Counted from the stretch's first letter, positions 1-11,273 are shown. The stretch is 64,000 nt of DNA from Bdellovibrionales bacterium (GCA_965200875.1 OZ241456.1:864001-928000); one strand, 5' to 3'. The notes: a model not told the origin generated them from the letters alone. Numbers and translations: made by a program.

Positions 1-3000
1 TTAGTTGTAGATAATGACGTTCATTTAAAATATTATCAAAATACAAATAGTTTTTTGTAAAAGGTCTGTAATTTGATTTTCTAATTTTTATATCTTGAAA
101 TTGACTTGTCCTCCTTGCTATGAAATGTCTTTTTAAGGTGTCACTCCAAGAAATTTTCTTCTCATCCCGATTGATAAAATTATCAATGTTTTTTTTATTG
201 AGTGCCTTATCTTTTAATCGATCCATTTCTTGATTATAAAATTGTATCATATTTTTCATATTATCCTTCACTTGGTTTTTATCAAAATTATACACCCAAG
301 CATCTCTGCTGGTGGCCACTCCACAGCTATATAAATCAAAAATAGCATTTTGATTGCTGGATTTTTTATCCCCCATAGGCATAAGCTGATAAAAAGAGTC
401 GTCTCGTTGATTAAGCCAATCTCCGTATTTGTCTGGGGTGATAGTTTGCCAATTTTCGCCAACACCTTTAATACAGCCAAAGTTTTTGATCGTTTCAAGT
501 TTTTCTTCACGGCTTAAGTAGTCTCCAATATCAAGATATTTGATTGTTGTTTTTTCTCTTTTTTTGTCAGGATTTTTCACAAGGAAAGTGATGACGATGG
601 GTGTTCGGGAACTGCCTCCAAACACTTTGCCTCCTTCTTTTCTTGATAATTCTCCTTTTGTTCTTTGGTTTCCTCTTAAGTTAATGCAATAAATGGAATC
701 AAACTCTTTCACAAGGGATTTCCTAAGTCCGGCAATGCTTCTCCCACTTACAAGGGAGGCATTGTGGACAAAGCCAATAATCCCGCCTTTGTTTTTAATC
801 TCATCTGTGGCCCAGCGAATGGCCTTGATATAAGAATCATAAAGAGCATTTTTATTTGAAGATGTTGATTCTTTGACATAAGTCTCTTCAATCCTTTTAT
901 GAAGTTTTGGATAAATAGTGTTTTTGTTGGCGTCATTTTCTGATTTTTGGCCGGCGGAGTAAGGGGGATTTCCTATAATGACTTGCAGGTCGACGGCTTG
1001 TTGCTCTTTTATTCTCTTGTTGTTTTCTTGGAAGTACGAAGAAAAAGAAAGTTGCTGTTCGTTTTTTTCTTTTCGGTTAAAAATATCCGACAATGTTATT
1101 TTTGGAAAAGGTGTGTATTGGCTGTTCTTCATTCTGCTGTGATATGCCTCTTCAATGTTAATGGATGCCACATAATAGGGCAAAAGCAGAATATCATTTG
1201 CGTGAAGTTCATTTTTAAACTTCCGAGGCAGATCTTTTTTCTCTATCATTGGGTTCATCTGAATCAGCCGATTTAAAAAAGTACCTGTTCCCACAAAAGG
1301 GTCTATGACATGTACTCCTTCATCGGTTAATTTTTTGCCTTTAAATTCGTCTTTTAAAATTTCATTTGCGGATTTTAGTATAAAGTCTACAATCTCAACA
1401 GGGGTGTAGGCCACACCCAGTTTTTCTGCTGTCTTGGGGAAGGCGGTCTTGATAAAGTTTTCGTAAAGTTCTTTAATGACTTTTTGTCTGGAGGCACTGT
1501 TGTCAATTCCGTCCAGCCGGCGACTTATCCCTTGATAAAATTGTTCAAGATCTTTTAATTCATTTCCAAAGCCGTATTCATCTAAACGAGACAAAACCTT
1601 TTTCATAGTTTTGGAAATAGGATTGTTTTCAGAAAACTGGTAATTCTCAAAAATTTTATCAAACGCGGGTCTTGTGATAAGATGCTCCGAAAGCATAGAG
1701 ATAGCTTGTTCTTCTGTTATGTCTTCGTTGATGCAACCTTTAAGCCCTTTGTGGTAGTCTTGAAATTCCTTATTGATTGCGGGTTTTGTTTTTAAGAGGC
1801 TTTTTATCCGGGTGGAGATGGTTTTACAGGCTTTTTCAATTTCTTTGGTCCATTTTTCTTCATAAATTCTATCACCACATTTTTCCACAATTTTGGCGTA
1901 AACTTTTTCTTCTATTTCCTCAATGCTCTGTTGCAGGTTCAGGCGGATTTGCGTATCGGTTTTTTCCTCAATTTCTTTTTCCTCTGCTTCACTTCCATAG
2001 CCCACCCCTATAACTTTTATTTTGGCGGGTTTGTTTTTGTTCAACTCCAGATTATTCACTATGGCATTAAAGCTTGAGTCATGGGATCTTAAGGCGTTTA
2101 GCACCTGCCAGACAACCTTATAAGTTTGATTGTCATCCAAAGCCTCTTCAGGGGATTTTCCAGAAGGTATCACCACCGGTAAAATCACATATCCGTATTT
2201 TTTGCCCTCTTGTTTTCTCATTATTCGACCCACAGCTTGCACGACATCCACTTGGGATTTTCTGGGATGCAGAAACATCACAGCGTCAAGGCTTGGAACA
2301 TCAATTCCCTCTGTAAGACACTTGGAGTTCATTAAAATTCGGCAAATTGTTTCATCATTTTCTGTAGGACCAATATCTTCCTTTAACCAATCCAATTTTT
2401 TGTTTCTTTTTATGGAGCTGTCTGTCCCATCTATATGTTCTGTTTCACAAGTGAAGTAGTCATTGTTATTATTCATCAATTCTTGGTGATCCAAAATATT
2501 AACAACTTTTTGAAAGCCCTCTTTTGCATTTTTGGAATTGTTAATGGTGTTTAAAAATCCTACAGCGCGCTTAAGTTTTACTCCGTTCTTTTTATTTCCT
2601 TGATCTCTCAAAGCTTTGTAGCAACCCACCAATCGGGAGGCGTCGTTCAGGCTAAGATCTGTCTCTTTCAAACCCTCCTGAATATTATCGCTCATGTATT
2701 GTTCATCAATGGAGAGAATAATCACCTTGTAATCAGCAAGGAGTTTTTTCTCAATAGCTTTGGAAAAATCCAGTCTGTAAATTTCTTTTCCAAAAACAGC
2801 TTCATCATCCATAGAGTGAATTTCCACATCATGTTTTCTGGCTTTGTTTTTTGTTCCTTCGCTGTAGATTCTGGGTGTGGCGGTCATATAAAGTCGTTTT
2901 TTGGCTTTCACATAATTTGGATCGTTTATTCTGGTAAAATAATTGCCTTTGGTGTTTCCGTTTTCCCCTTCTCCGGCTTCAACCCCAGTGGTTCTGTGAG

Positions 3001-4072
3001 CTTCATCACAAATCACGAGATCAAATTCAGGTGCGCCAAGCGTTTGAGCTAATTTGATTTTATTCAGGGATTGATAGGTGGAAAAAACGACAGTTCTTTG
3101 CTCGGATTTTAGTTTCAGTCTTTCGGCAATTCGTTCTGGATTTGTTGTTGGGGATATTTGCAGATCATTTACACGATAACCATCGGTATCTTTTCCGGCG
3201 TGGGTGTCAGAGCAAACAGCAAGATACCTTTGTGGTTTTTGTCTTTGCCAAGCGTATTCCCTCAGTGTTTGGGATATAAGGGAAATGGAGGGGGCAAGAA
3301 ACAAAACATTGGCGTTTTTTGGAGTGATTTTTTCCACAATACGAAGAGAAGTAAAGGTCTTGCCTGTTCCACAAGCCATTATGAGCTTCCCTTTGTTTTC
3401 TTTTTCAAAATGTTTAGCTGATTTTCGAAGAGCCTTTACCTGATGCTCTCTTAAATGCTTTTTTTTGGTTTTCCGTTTGACTTTTTGAAAGCTCCATTCA
3501 AAGTCTGCTTGTTCCAGATCATGCAGATCCAAAACTTTGCATTCTTTTGTCTGGTTTTTTAAGGCCTCCTCAGCATTAGCTCCCCATTTGGTTGTTGTGG
3601 TGACAATAAGACGGACCTTAAAAGGATTTTTACCAGATTCCGTGAAAAAGCTGTCTATATCTGCTTTATTTACCTGATAGCTTTCATCAAAGCATTTGCA
3701 TTGAATAGCCCAGAAGATTCCGGTTTCCTTTTCACGGGCTATGAGATCAATACCAAGGTCTTTTTTTAAAAATTCATATTTTTTTAAGTCCGGCCAGTCG
3801 GCCCTTAGCCACACATTTTCAAAGGAATACTCCGGGGATTGTTTCAAAAAATCCTTTATGGCTATTTCAAAATACTCGCCTTTTTCTCTTGTAGTTTTAG
3901 CTCTTTGCCTTATTTCGTTAAGAAAAGACTTAAAGTTTGATTTTGAAGTTTTTTGGGAGGTTTTGGTGGAAGTGCTGGTGGAGGTTTCGGGAGGGGTGTT
4001 AATTGAAGTTTCAGAAGAAGTATCGGGAGATAAATGATAATCTTGTAGCTTCCGTGCTGATGAATCTTGCAT
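1..4072 (-). CDS. Type ISP restriction-modification enzyme (Mrr-like nuclease + SF2 helicase + N6-adenine MTase + TRD), 3'-partial, runs off window
   Basis: Hand translation from ATG 4072 (SD AAGGA): EKGEYFE..DLGIDLIARE..WAIQCK nuclease, MACGTGKT and DEAHRT helicase motifs, IIGNPPY MTase, YRPFTKNYLYFD near position 60 in the same frame. Absent from the ORF track, presumably because no stop lies in the window. Confidence 0.93.
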   Translation of the reverse strand, partial: MQDSSARKLQDYHLSPDTSSETSINTPPETSTSTSTKTSQKTSKSNFKSFLNEIRQRAKTTREKGEYFEIAIKDFLKQSPEYSFENVWLRADWPDLKKYEFLKKDLGIDLIAREKETGIFWAIQCKCFDESYQVNKADIDSFFTESGKNPFKVRLIVTTTTKWGANAEEALKNQTKECKVLDLHDLEQADFEWSFQKVKRKTKKKHLREHQVKALRKSAKHFEKENKGKLIMACGTGKTFTSLRIVEKITPKNANVLFLAPSISLISQTLREYAWQRQKPQRYLAVCSDTHAGKDTDGYRVNDLQISPTTNPERIAERLKLKSEQRTVVFSTYQSLNKIKLAQTLGAPEFDLVICDEAHRTTGVEAGEGENGNTKGNYFTRINDPNYVKAKKRLYMTATPRIYSEGTKNKARKHDVEIHSMDDEAVFGKEIYRLDFSKAIEKKLLADYKVIILSIDEQYMSDNIQEGLKETDLSLNDASRLVGCYKALRDQGNKKNGVKLKRAVGFLNTINNSKNAKEGFQKVVNILDHQELMNNNNDYFTCETEHIDGTDSSIKRNKKLDWLKEDIGPTENDETICRILMNSKCLTEGIDVPSLDAVMFLHPRKSQVDVVQAVGRIMRKQEGKKYGYVILPVVIPSGKSPEEALDDNQTYKVVWQVLNALRSHDSSFNAIVNNLELNKNKPAKIKVIGVGYGSEAEEKEIEEKTDTQIRLNLQQSIEEIEEKVYAKIVEKCGDRIYEEKWTKEIEKACKTISTRIKSLLKTKPAINKEFQDYHKGLKGCINEDITEEQAISMLSEHLITRPAFDKIFENYQFSENNPISKTMKKVLSRLDEYGFGNELKDLEQFYQGISRRLDGIDNSASRQKVIKELYENFIKTAFPKTAEKLGVAYTPVEIVDFILKSANEILKDEFKGKKLTDEGVHVIDPFVGTGTFLNRLIQMNPMIEKKDLPRKFKNELHANDILLLPYYVASINIEEAYHSRMKNSQYTPFPKITLSDIFNRKEKNEQQLSFSSYFQENNKRIKEQQAVDLQVIIGNPPYSAGQKSENDANKNTIYPKLHKRIEETYVKESTSSNKNALYDSYIKAIRWATDEIKNKGGIIGFVHNASLVSGRSIAGLRKSLVKEFDSIYCINLRGNQRTKGELSRKEGGKVFGGSSRTPIVITFLVKNPDKKREKTTIKYLDIGDYLSREEKLETIKNFGCIKGVGENWQTITPDKYGDWLNQRDDSFYQLMPMGDKKSSNQNAIFDLYSCGVATSRDAWVYNFDKNQVKDNMKNMIQFYNQEMDRLKDKALNKKNIDNFINRDEKKISWSDTLKRHFIARRTSQFQDIKIRKSNYRPFTKNYLYFDNILNERHYLQL

Positions 4073-4177
4073 GTATTCAGTCCTTGAATAGTTTATTTTT
4101 ATTATTCGGACGATTATAAATACTGCTTAAATTATTTTTTTCGCATTCACGGCGGGCTAAATAGCTTGTTGAAAGCT

Positions 4178-4205
4178 TAAACTTTTTTTCCAAAAAGACC
4201 GATTA
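4178..4205 (+). promoter_or_regulatory. Putative sigma28-like promoter (TAAA-N16-ACCGATTA)
   Basis: Resembles FliA consensus TAAA-N15-GCCGATAA; a homologous copy lies at 43105-43134. Confidence 0.4.
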
Positions 4206-4241
4206 ATCTGTAAAGGACCATAAAACTTATAGGAATCAAAT

Positions 4242-5877
4242 GTGGAAAAACAAAGTTTCTTTTTCAAAAAACTCGGTGAAAAACCCTTTCTACCCCCCCC
4301 CTCTCATGCACTGCGTTATAGTCTACTCCAAATATTCTATGGCTTTGGAGTTCGTAAAAGCAATAAAGGTTTTGGTCTGGTGGGGACATTTGTAGCCGCC
4401 GGAGCGGGGCTTGTTTTAAGTTTGGGGGTTTTAAAAATTTCTCAAATCGCTATAAAGTCTGTGCAGGTTTCAAACACTTTGCAGGCAGAACAGGAATTGT
4501 ATGTCACCATCAGGCAGATGCTAAGCGATGCTAAGGACTGCCGGTGGAATTTGGATCCTTCTAGGCTTTCTAATAAAACCCATAAAAAAGGCCAGCTTAT
4601 TGATTCTGATAATAAGCTTAGGGGTTATATAAAGACTGGTGGTAACAATGTTGATTCAGATCCACGCACTTCAGAAGACGACACACCCTATCTGGCTCTT
4701 GGGGATTTTAAGAGTGGATTGATATCTGTAAAAAGCCTTGAGCTTTTAAGAACCGGTCCAGATAATCTAAAATGGACTTTTGCGGTATATTACAGCAAGC
4801 CTCAATCAGGTTCTTATAAGACCTTGGAATCTGCAGAATGTTCAGCCACAGACAACACAGGTTGTTATCACCAATCCTGTGATTTAAAAATACGCCATAT
4901 CCCAGCTCCTGCGGATAGTACAAAATCCATAATAGCAGACGATAGTTGTTCCTTGTTAAATTGTTACAATGTGGGAGGGGGGGTTGAATGTTTCCTGTAA
5001 CAGCCCTGGCACATACTTGTATGGATTTGATGATAGAGGGAATAAGGATTGTCGGCCAATATGGCCTTGCCCCAAGGGTAAGGTGTATGTTGGGAAAAAA
5101 GAAGACGGCACTTCAGATTGTAGAATTTTACCGAAGCTCCCGGAAGTGGGTAAGTTTGAGTGTTCGAATGCTGAGGAGGTATTACAGGGTTTTGATGCAA
5201 ACGGAGAGCCTATATGCCGGTCTGTATGTTCCGGTGGAAAGGTATATAAAAAGGCCACTTTCAGCTGTGAGTGTCCGGTAAATACACCTTACTATTATAA
5301 TAATGTGTGCAATCAGTGTCCAAGTGGTCACCATTACTATAGTGAGAGTTGTCATCGTTGCCCAAGTGGTCACTATTACTATAGTGAGAGTTGTCATCGT
5401 TGCCCAAGTAACCGAAGACATTACTATTCTGATCGATGTAACAGATGCCCTGAGGACCAACATTGGCATTCCGAGCAATGTATCACATGCCCCAACGGAT
5501 CACAATGGAATAACATTCAAGGAGAATGTGAGTGCGGAGAACTGAAAATCTGGAATTTTACTAATAATCAGTGTGAATGTGCACACGGTGGACTCTTCTT
5601 AGGTGGGAGTGATTGTGCATGTGAAGAGGGTAAAAAACACCTACTAACCGAAGAAAATGGTGTTCAGGGTTTTAAATGTGTTGATGAATGTCCTCCAAAT
5701 GTAGCTCCTGTTGGAAACCAGTGTGTGTGTTTTGATACTCTTAATTACGGACGGGCTTATTGGAGAATGATATCTGGTGTAAATGTTTTTGATTGTCACA
5801 GATGTGCACCAAACCAGCATCAAACCGGCGGAACGCCGAATTGGCCTGTTATTTCTTGTTCTGACCCTAGCGAATGA
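4242..5877 (+). pseudogene. Prepilin-like N-terminus plus Cys-rich repeat surface protein, frameshifted at G7 tract 4977-4983 (ORFs 4242..5000 and 4969..5877)
   Basis: KGFGLVGTFVAAGAGLVLSLG class III-like signal; removing one G joins both ORFs (CYNVGGG-LNVSCNSPG); C9 tract at 4293-4301 in the leader. Confidence 0.7.
5308..5490 (+). repeat. 42-bp tandem repeats encoding C-x2-CP-x-G-xx-YY-x3 units
   Basis: CNQCPSGHHYYSES/CHRCPSGHYYYSES/CHRCPSNRRHYYSDR/CNRCPEDQHWHSEQ. Confidence 0.85.
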
Positions 5878-5917
5878 CCGCAGGATTGTCCTTGCCTAGT
5901 ACACACACCCCAGCGAT

Positions 5918-7465
5918 TTATAAATTCAAGTAAAGGTTTTTGTTATTTTGAATTTTTTCTGTGAGGTTTTCCACTAAACTCTTTTCCGGGAATTGACTTA
6001 AAACATCTTTTATGTGGGACATCATTAAAAACTCAAGTGCGGTTTTTTGATCCAGCCCACGGCTTTGTAAATAAAACAGTTCATCTTTGTCCAGATGACC
6101 AGCTGTGGCCCCATGTCTGGCTTTTACATCTCCGCAGTGGATTTCCAGTTCCGGTTGTGTGTAAGAGTCCGCAGTGGAGCTAAGTAAAAGATTTTTAGCG
6201 GATTGAACAGAGTCTGTTTGTGCAGAGTCAGCAGACATATAAATTTTTCCGTGAAAGATATTTTTTGAGTGATCATTTAAAACCCCTCTGCAAAGCTGTC
6301 TGGAATATCCTTGTTTTTTTAAATGACGAATATAATATCTTTGGTTCTTTACAGCTTTTCCTTTTAAAAGTGCCAAACTCAATAAGGCACTTTGCACTTT
6401 TTCTCCTGTTTGATGAACCTGCACATCTTCTCTGGAAAGCAGGGAACCCAAGCTGAAATTCAGTCGGTCCATTCGTGCGGATTCCTCCATGTCGCAATGA
6501 GCCTGATTTAAATAAGAAGAGTGAGGGGTGCCTTGATCCACGCATAACCACTTTAAGTGTGACTTGGAGGAAACTTTTACATCAGTTGTGCAGTTGATTA
6601 ATGTTTTTGAAACAAAAGCTTGATGATTTTTCAGAGAAAATGAATTTTGTTTTGAGGATGAATTATTTTGAATGGAAAAGCTTTCGATTAAAGTGATTTT
6701 CGCGCCCTCTTCCAAAAATATGAAGTTTTTGAAATTCCAGATTTTAGGATGCAAAAACAGATTTGTTTTTTCTTGTGAGGATGAGTTTTGTTTTTCAGAA
6801 GATTGAAAATCATCTTTTTTACGAAGTTTAGTTTTATGAAGGAGACTATCTTTGTTGGAAAAAGCTGATTCATCGAAAGAAAAATGAATATGCAGAACAG
6901 GTTCAGTGTTTTTCGAGGATTGACTGTTATTTTTTCCCTTGTAGTGATGAAGTGCACGAGCATATAAGGCATAACCATTTGAAGGCAAAGCTCCAGCGAG
7001 ATGATGTAGGCCATCTCCGGTTCTTTTCAAACTGTAATTAATCCAAGACCAAGATGGAAAGTCAGGGTTAAAAGTGTCCCAGGTGAGAACATTTACTCCA
7101 GTGGGAAGTGTATTAAGAGAATTTTTCTGTAAAATGCCGTTATGGAAGTGGATTTTATGGGAGGTTGGAAAGGAAAATAAATTTTGTGGCTTTTCGTTTG
7201 CAAAAGCAACAGGCACTATATCAGAGTCGTATTCTGATGAAAAAATATTTTTCAAAACCCGGTTTATATTTGTAAATTTCCAAAAAGGATCTTTATTTGA
7301 GGGGAGACCTTTTTCCAAAAATCGAGCAAAATGCTTTACCTGAACCTGCTGTATCATTTTTTGATGAGAGTTGGCAGAAGATTCCTGCCAAAGTTTTTTT
7401 TGTTCTTCAAACTTGGCTTTTAAACTTTCTATCCATTTTTGATTATTTTCTTTCATGTTTTTCAT
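5918..7465 (-). CDS. sufD: Fe-S cluster assembly protein SufD
   Basis: WKFTN, FHGKIY, AKNLLLS, PELEI..DVKARHGATAG, ELFYLQSRG motifs. Confidence 0.9.
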   Translation of the reverse strand: MKNMKENNQKWIESLKAKFEEQKKLWQESSANSHQKMIQQVQVKHFARFLEKGLPSNKDPFWKFTNINRVLKNIFSSEYDSDIVPVAFANEKPQNLFSFPTSHKIHFHNGILQKNSLNTLPTGVNVLTWDTFNPDFPSWSWINYSLKRTGDGLHHLAGALPSNGYALYARALHHYKGKNNSQSSKNTEPVLHIHFSFDESAFSNKDSLLHKTKLRKKDDFQSSEKQNSSSQEKTNLFLHPKIWNFKNFIFLEEGAKITLIESFSIQNNSSSKQNSFSLKNHQAFVSKTLINCTTDVKVSSKSHLKWLCVDQGTPHSSYLNQAHCDMEESARMDRLNFSLGSLLSREDVQVHQTGEKVQSALLSLALLKGKAVKNQRYYIRHLKKQGYSRQLCRGVLNDHSKNIFHGKIYMSADSAQTDSVQSAKNLLLSSTADSYTQPELEIHCGDVKARHGATAGHLDKDELFYLQSRGLDQKTALEFLMMSHIKDVLSQFPEKSLVENLTEKIQNNKNLYLNL

Positions 7466-7479
7466 TGATACCAGCCGGG

Positions 7480-8250
7480 TTAAAAATGTGTGTAGCCTTT
7501 TTCTTCCAATTCATCCGCCAAGTTATGGTTTCCGCTTTTTTGTATTTTTCCCGCTTTCATAATATGCACAAAGTCCGGCTTAATATGTTTTAACAAACGA
7601 TTGTAATGGGTTATCAGTAAAAGTGCCATTTGTTTGCTTTTCAATTTATTTAACGCATTTGCCACTAAAGTCATGGAATCCACATCCAGCCCTGAATCTG
7701 TTTCATCCAAAACAGCCAGCCGGGGAGATAAAACCGCCATTTGCAAAATTTCATTTCGTTTTTTCTCTCCTCCTGAAAAGTCTTCATTGACTGAACGATG
7801 CAGAAAAGAAAAAGGAAGGCCAACCAATTTCGTTTTTTGTGTTACTAGAGCAGTAAACTGCTCTTCTCCCATTTCCGGTACTCCCTGATGTTTACAGATA
7901 GAGTTAAAAGAGGCTTTTAGTAAGTTAAAGTTGCTCACTCCAGGTACTGTCACGGGATATTGAAAAGCCATAAACAAGCCTTCTTTTGCTCTTTCTTCAG
8001 GTGTCCATTTGCTTATATCTTCAAAACCAAAGTTTTTTTCGTAAAGAATTTTCCCTTGGCTTATTTCGTACTCTGGGTGTCCGGCAATCACTTTGGCTAA
8101 TGTGCTTTTTCCAGAACCGTTTGGCCCCATAATGGCGTGGATTTCCCCCGCTTTGATTTCCAAACTGATGCCGTTTAAAATAAAGTCTCTTGTGCCTTTT
8201 GTGTCGGATGTTTCCAGTGCTTTAGCGTAAAGATCTTGAATTTTCAGCAC
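7480..8250 (-). CDS. sufC: Fe-S cluster assembly ATPase SufC
   Basis: GPNGSGKST, AFQYP, FSGGEKKRNEILQM, LDETDSGLDVD. Confidence 0.96.
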   Translation of the reverse strand: MLKIQDLYAKALETSDTKGTRDFILNGISLEIKAGEIHAIMGPNGSGKSTLAKVIAGHPEYEISQGKILYEKNFGFEDISKWTPEERAKEGLFMAFQYPVTVPGVSNFNLLKASFNSICKHQGVPEMGEEQFTALVTQKTKLVGLPFSFLHRSVNEDFSGGEKKRNEILQMAVLSPRLAVLDETDSGLDVDSMTLVANALNKLKSKQMALLLITHYNRLLKHIKPDFVHIMKAGKIQKSGNHNLADELEEKGYTHF

Positions 8251-8669
8251 TGTAAATCTCCCCTAAACTTGAAATTAGCCATATTTTTCTCGGATTTTAG
8301 TGATATATTCGGTGCGCAGTTTTATGCTGTGTTCAGATTTTAGTGATATATAGGTTCAGCATTCAAAAAGCAACAGTAAACCTTATTCAGGACCGGTTGA
8401 TTAGCTACAATTTATTGAAAAGCTTGACTTTTCCCAATAATTCAAGTTTTCCTTAATTTTTAGGGTTGAGTAAGAGAAAAAGTATTTTTTTACGCTATTT
8501 TTGTTGCGCAATTTACAAATTCGTGTTTTAAAACTCTGTTTGACCACGAGCTGTCAAATTCAGGCTGGCTGAAAAGCAGTTTTTTAGAGTAAGCTCAAAA
8601 TAGCAAAATTAAAGACAAACTGAAGGAAATTGTGTAAACCGAAAAAATAAAATTTATCAGGATAACATA

Positions 8670-8783
8670 ATGAAAGTGCGAGCATCTGTTAAAAAAATTT
8701 GTAAAGACTGTCGTATAATTCGAAGGAAAAATCGCCTACGTGTTATTTGTAAAAATCCAAAACATAAACAAAGACAGGGGTAA
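8670..8783 (+). CDS. rpmJ: 50S ribosomal protein L36
   Basis: Hand translation [37 protein letters not shown]. Confidence 0.97.
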   Translation: MKVRASVKKICKDCRIIRRKNRLRVICKNPKHKQRQG

Positions 8784-8789
8784 TAAGTT

Positions 8790-9164
8790 ATGTCTCGTAT
8801 AGCTGGAGTGGATTTACCAAAAGAAAAAAGAGTGGAAGTAGCCTTAACTTATATTTATGGTATTGGGCGAACACGCGCGCGTGATATATGCAGGAAAGCG
8901 GGCTTCAGCCATTCCATGAGAACAAAAGATTTAAACGATGAACATGTGGCCATGTTGAGAACCATGATCGAAAAAGATTATAAAGTGGAAGGGGATCTGC
9001 GAAGAGAAGTGGGTTTGTCCATCAAGAGGCTTATGGATTTGTCTTGCTATAGAGGATTGAGGCATAAAAAAAGCCTACCTGTTCGAGGACAAAGCACGAG
9101 GCAAAATGCCAGAACCAGAAAAGGCCCGAGAAAAACTGTTGCAAACAAGAAAAAAGCTGTTTAA
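8790..9164 (+). CDS. rpsM: 30S ribosomal protein S13
   Basis: [25 protein letters not shown]. Confidence 0.98.
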   Translation: MSRIAGVDLPKEKRVEVALTYIYGIGRTRARDICRKAGFSHSMRTKDLNDEHVAMLRTMIEKDYKVEGDLRREVGLSIKRLMDLSCYRGLRHKKSLPVRGQSTRQNARTRKGPRKTVANKKKAV

Positions 9165-9180
9165 TTTTTAGGGAGGCACT

Positions 9181-9567
9181 GTGTCTGTCCGAAAACCAAA
9201 AAAGAAGAAAGCGAAAAAGAATGTGCCGATTGGCAACTGTTATATTCATGCTGGATTTGGTAACACTCAAGTCAGCTTTACTGATCCTGTCGGTCAGGTA
9301 ATTTGTTGGTCCTCATCCGGTGTTTTAGGATTTAAAGGCTCTCGAAAAGGAACACCTTTTGTGGCGCAGGCTGTAGCTGAAGATGCTGTTAAAAAGGCTC
9401 AAGAATGTGGTTTAAAAACAGTTAGTGTATTTTTAAAAGGACCTGGTACAGGAAGGGAAATGGCTGTACGTACTCTCGCTTCAGCCGGATTAAAAATAAC
9501 TTCACTTAGAGATATTACACCTATTCCTCATAATGGATGTAGGCCACCTAAAAGACGACGGGTGTGA
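9181..9567 (+). CDS. rpsK: 30S ribosomal protein S11
   Basis: [36 protein letters not shown]. Confidence 0.98.
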   Translation: MSVRKPKKKKAKKNVPIGNCYIHAGFGNTQVSFTDPVGQVICWSSSGVLGFKGSRKGTPFVAQAVAEDAVKKAQECGLKTVSVFLKGPGTGREMAVRTLASAGLKITSLRDITPIPHNGCRPPKRRRV

Positions 9568-9616
9568 TTTTTTTGTCCGCCGGAAAAAGGATGAAACAGC
9601 TCCCTAAACCCCAGTA

Positions 9617-9694
9617 AGATTCCCGTTTTCACGGGACTGAAAGCCAATGACTTGGTTTTTCAGTTTTATGAAAAAGGGTGTTTTTTACGGATGA
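9617..9694 (+). repeat. Dispersed double-hairpin repeat, copy A
   Basis: TTCCCGTTTTCACGGGACTGAAAGCCAATGACTTGGTTTTTCAG, nearly identical to the reverse complement of 59248-59291. Confidence 0.85.
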
Positions 9695-9752
9695 TTTTAT
9701 TTTATGAAAAAGCAATTATACAACATAAACATAAAACAGGAGAAAAACTCAA

Positions 9753-11273
9753 ATGGAAAAAATAGAGCTTAAACCTCACTATTATCAATATTGGAAAAAC
9801 CTTATTAAACCAAAAGGTTTTGAATTGGATAAAGACAGCCTGACTCCCACTTATGGGAAGTTTACCATCCGTCCGCTGGAAAGAGGTTATGGTCTTACTT
9901 TGGGTAATTCCATTCGCCGGGTTTTATTAAGCTCCATGATGGGTTCTGCTGTTTCTGCAGTAAAATTTGAAGGAGTTTTGCATGAATTTACCATTATCCC
10001 TGATGTTTTGGAGGACACCACAGATATCATCCTCAATTTGAAACAAGTGCGTTTTCAACAGGACAATGCCGATCAAAAACAGCTTAAACTCATCAAAGAC
10101 GGTCCTGGTTTGGCAACTGCTAATGATATTCAGCTGGTGGACGGTATAAAAGTCATTAATCCAGAACAGATGATTGCCACACTGGGAAAGAACGCAAAAT
10201 TAAACGCCACAATTGTAGTGACTTTTAATCGTGGCTATATTGAAGCTTCCGAACAAAAAGACAATCTTCCTGTGGGGTTTATTCCTATTGATTCCATTCA
10301 TTCCCCGATTCGCCGTGTAAACTACACTGTGACAAACGCCCGTGTCGGACAAAGAACAGATTATGATTCTTTAATTTTACAAGTATGGACAGACGGTTCA
10401 CTTTCCCCGGAAGAAGCAGTGCCTTTAGGTTATAAAATTCTAAAAGAGCAAATACAGGTGTTTATGAATTTTAACGAAAATATCGAACCAAAAGAAAAAG
10501 AACCAAAAGAGCAAGTTCCTCAAGTAAATAAAAACCTGTTTCGACCAGTTGAGGATCTGGAATTGTCTGTGCGAAGTGCCAACTGCCTGAAAAACGCCAA
10601 AATCCGCTATATTGGTGATCTGGTGACCAAGACAGAGCAGGAAATGCTGAAAACAAAAAATTTTGGCAGGAAGTCTCTCAACGAAATTAAAGATATTATA
10701 AAAAACATGGGGTTTTCCCTTGGTATGGTAGTAAAAGGATGGCCACCTAAAAATATGGAAGCGCAAAGAGCAAAAAATGCAACAGACTCTCCCACAAGCA
10801 ACGGCAGTGATTCTTCTTTTGGTTTCTCAAGCTCTTCCAAGCCTGTGACAGCCTCCAGTGAAACTTCAAGTTCTGCCCATGTTCCAACCACAAATGGTGA
10901 ACCCATGCCAAAAACAGTTGCTGATAATATTAAATCATCTACTGGTTCAGACAGTAACAAAAGTGACCAAGCTGAAAAGCTTGAAGGTGTTGCAGGTATC
11001 GTCTCATCAGTTATTGCAGGAGCATCTTCTGCTGATGCTGATACTGATGCTGATACGAAGCTTACAGCTACTTCATTCCCTCTTTCTTCCTCTTTATCTT
11101 CAGATATCAACCCACAACAACAATCGGCAGATGTTAAAAACGATGATGATTCCAGCAGTAATAAATCCGCGGAATCGGGAAAGGAGTCTTTCAATGCTGT
11201 AAGTCAAGAATCTGCAAGTGTTGCTGTAACAGAAAAACCTGAAAAACAAAGCTCTGATGAAGATAAAGGATAA
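9753..11273 (+). CDS. rpoA: RNA polymerase alpha subunit with about 170-aa Ser-rich C-terminal extension
   Basis: [53 protein letters not shown]. Confidence 0.97.
   Translation: MEKIELKPHYYQYWKNLIKPKGFELDKDSLTPTYGKFTIRPLERGYGLTLGNSIRRVLLSSMMGSAVSAVKFEGVLHEFTIIPDVLEDTTDIILNLKQVRFQQDNADQKQLKLIKDGPGLATANDIQLVDGIKVINPEQMIATLGKNAKLNATIVVTFNRGYIEASEQKDNLPVGFIPIDSIHSPIRRVNYTVTNARVGQRTDYDSLILQVWTDGSLSPEEAVPLGYKILKEQIQVFMNFNENIEPKEKEPKEQVPQVNKNLFRPVEDLELSVRSANCLKNAKIRYIGDLVTKTEQEMLKTKNFGRKSLNEIKDIIKNMGFSLGMVVKGWPPKNMEAQRAKNATDSPTSNGSDSSFGFSSSSKPVTASSETSSSAHVPTTNGEPMPKTVADNIKSSTGSDSNKSDQAEKLEGVAGIVSSVIAGASSADADTDADTKLTATSFPLSSSLSSDINPQQQSADVKNDDDSSSNKSAESGKESFNAVSQESASVAVTEKPEKQSSDEDKG

Noticed and set aside
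268..4037. Many short ORFs in the track
   Set aside because: Shadow frames of the long minus-strand Type ISP gene
8530..8600. Possible structured leader upstream of rpmJ (TTTGAC..GTCAAA hairpin)
   Set aside because: Short stems with no recognisable family; insufficient support
10607..11194. 195-aa antisense ORF within rpoA
   Set aside because: Codon-aligned shadow of the low-complexity tail; no independent evidence
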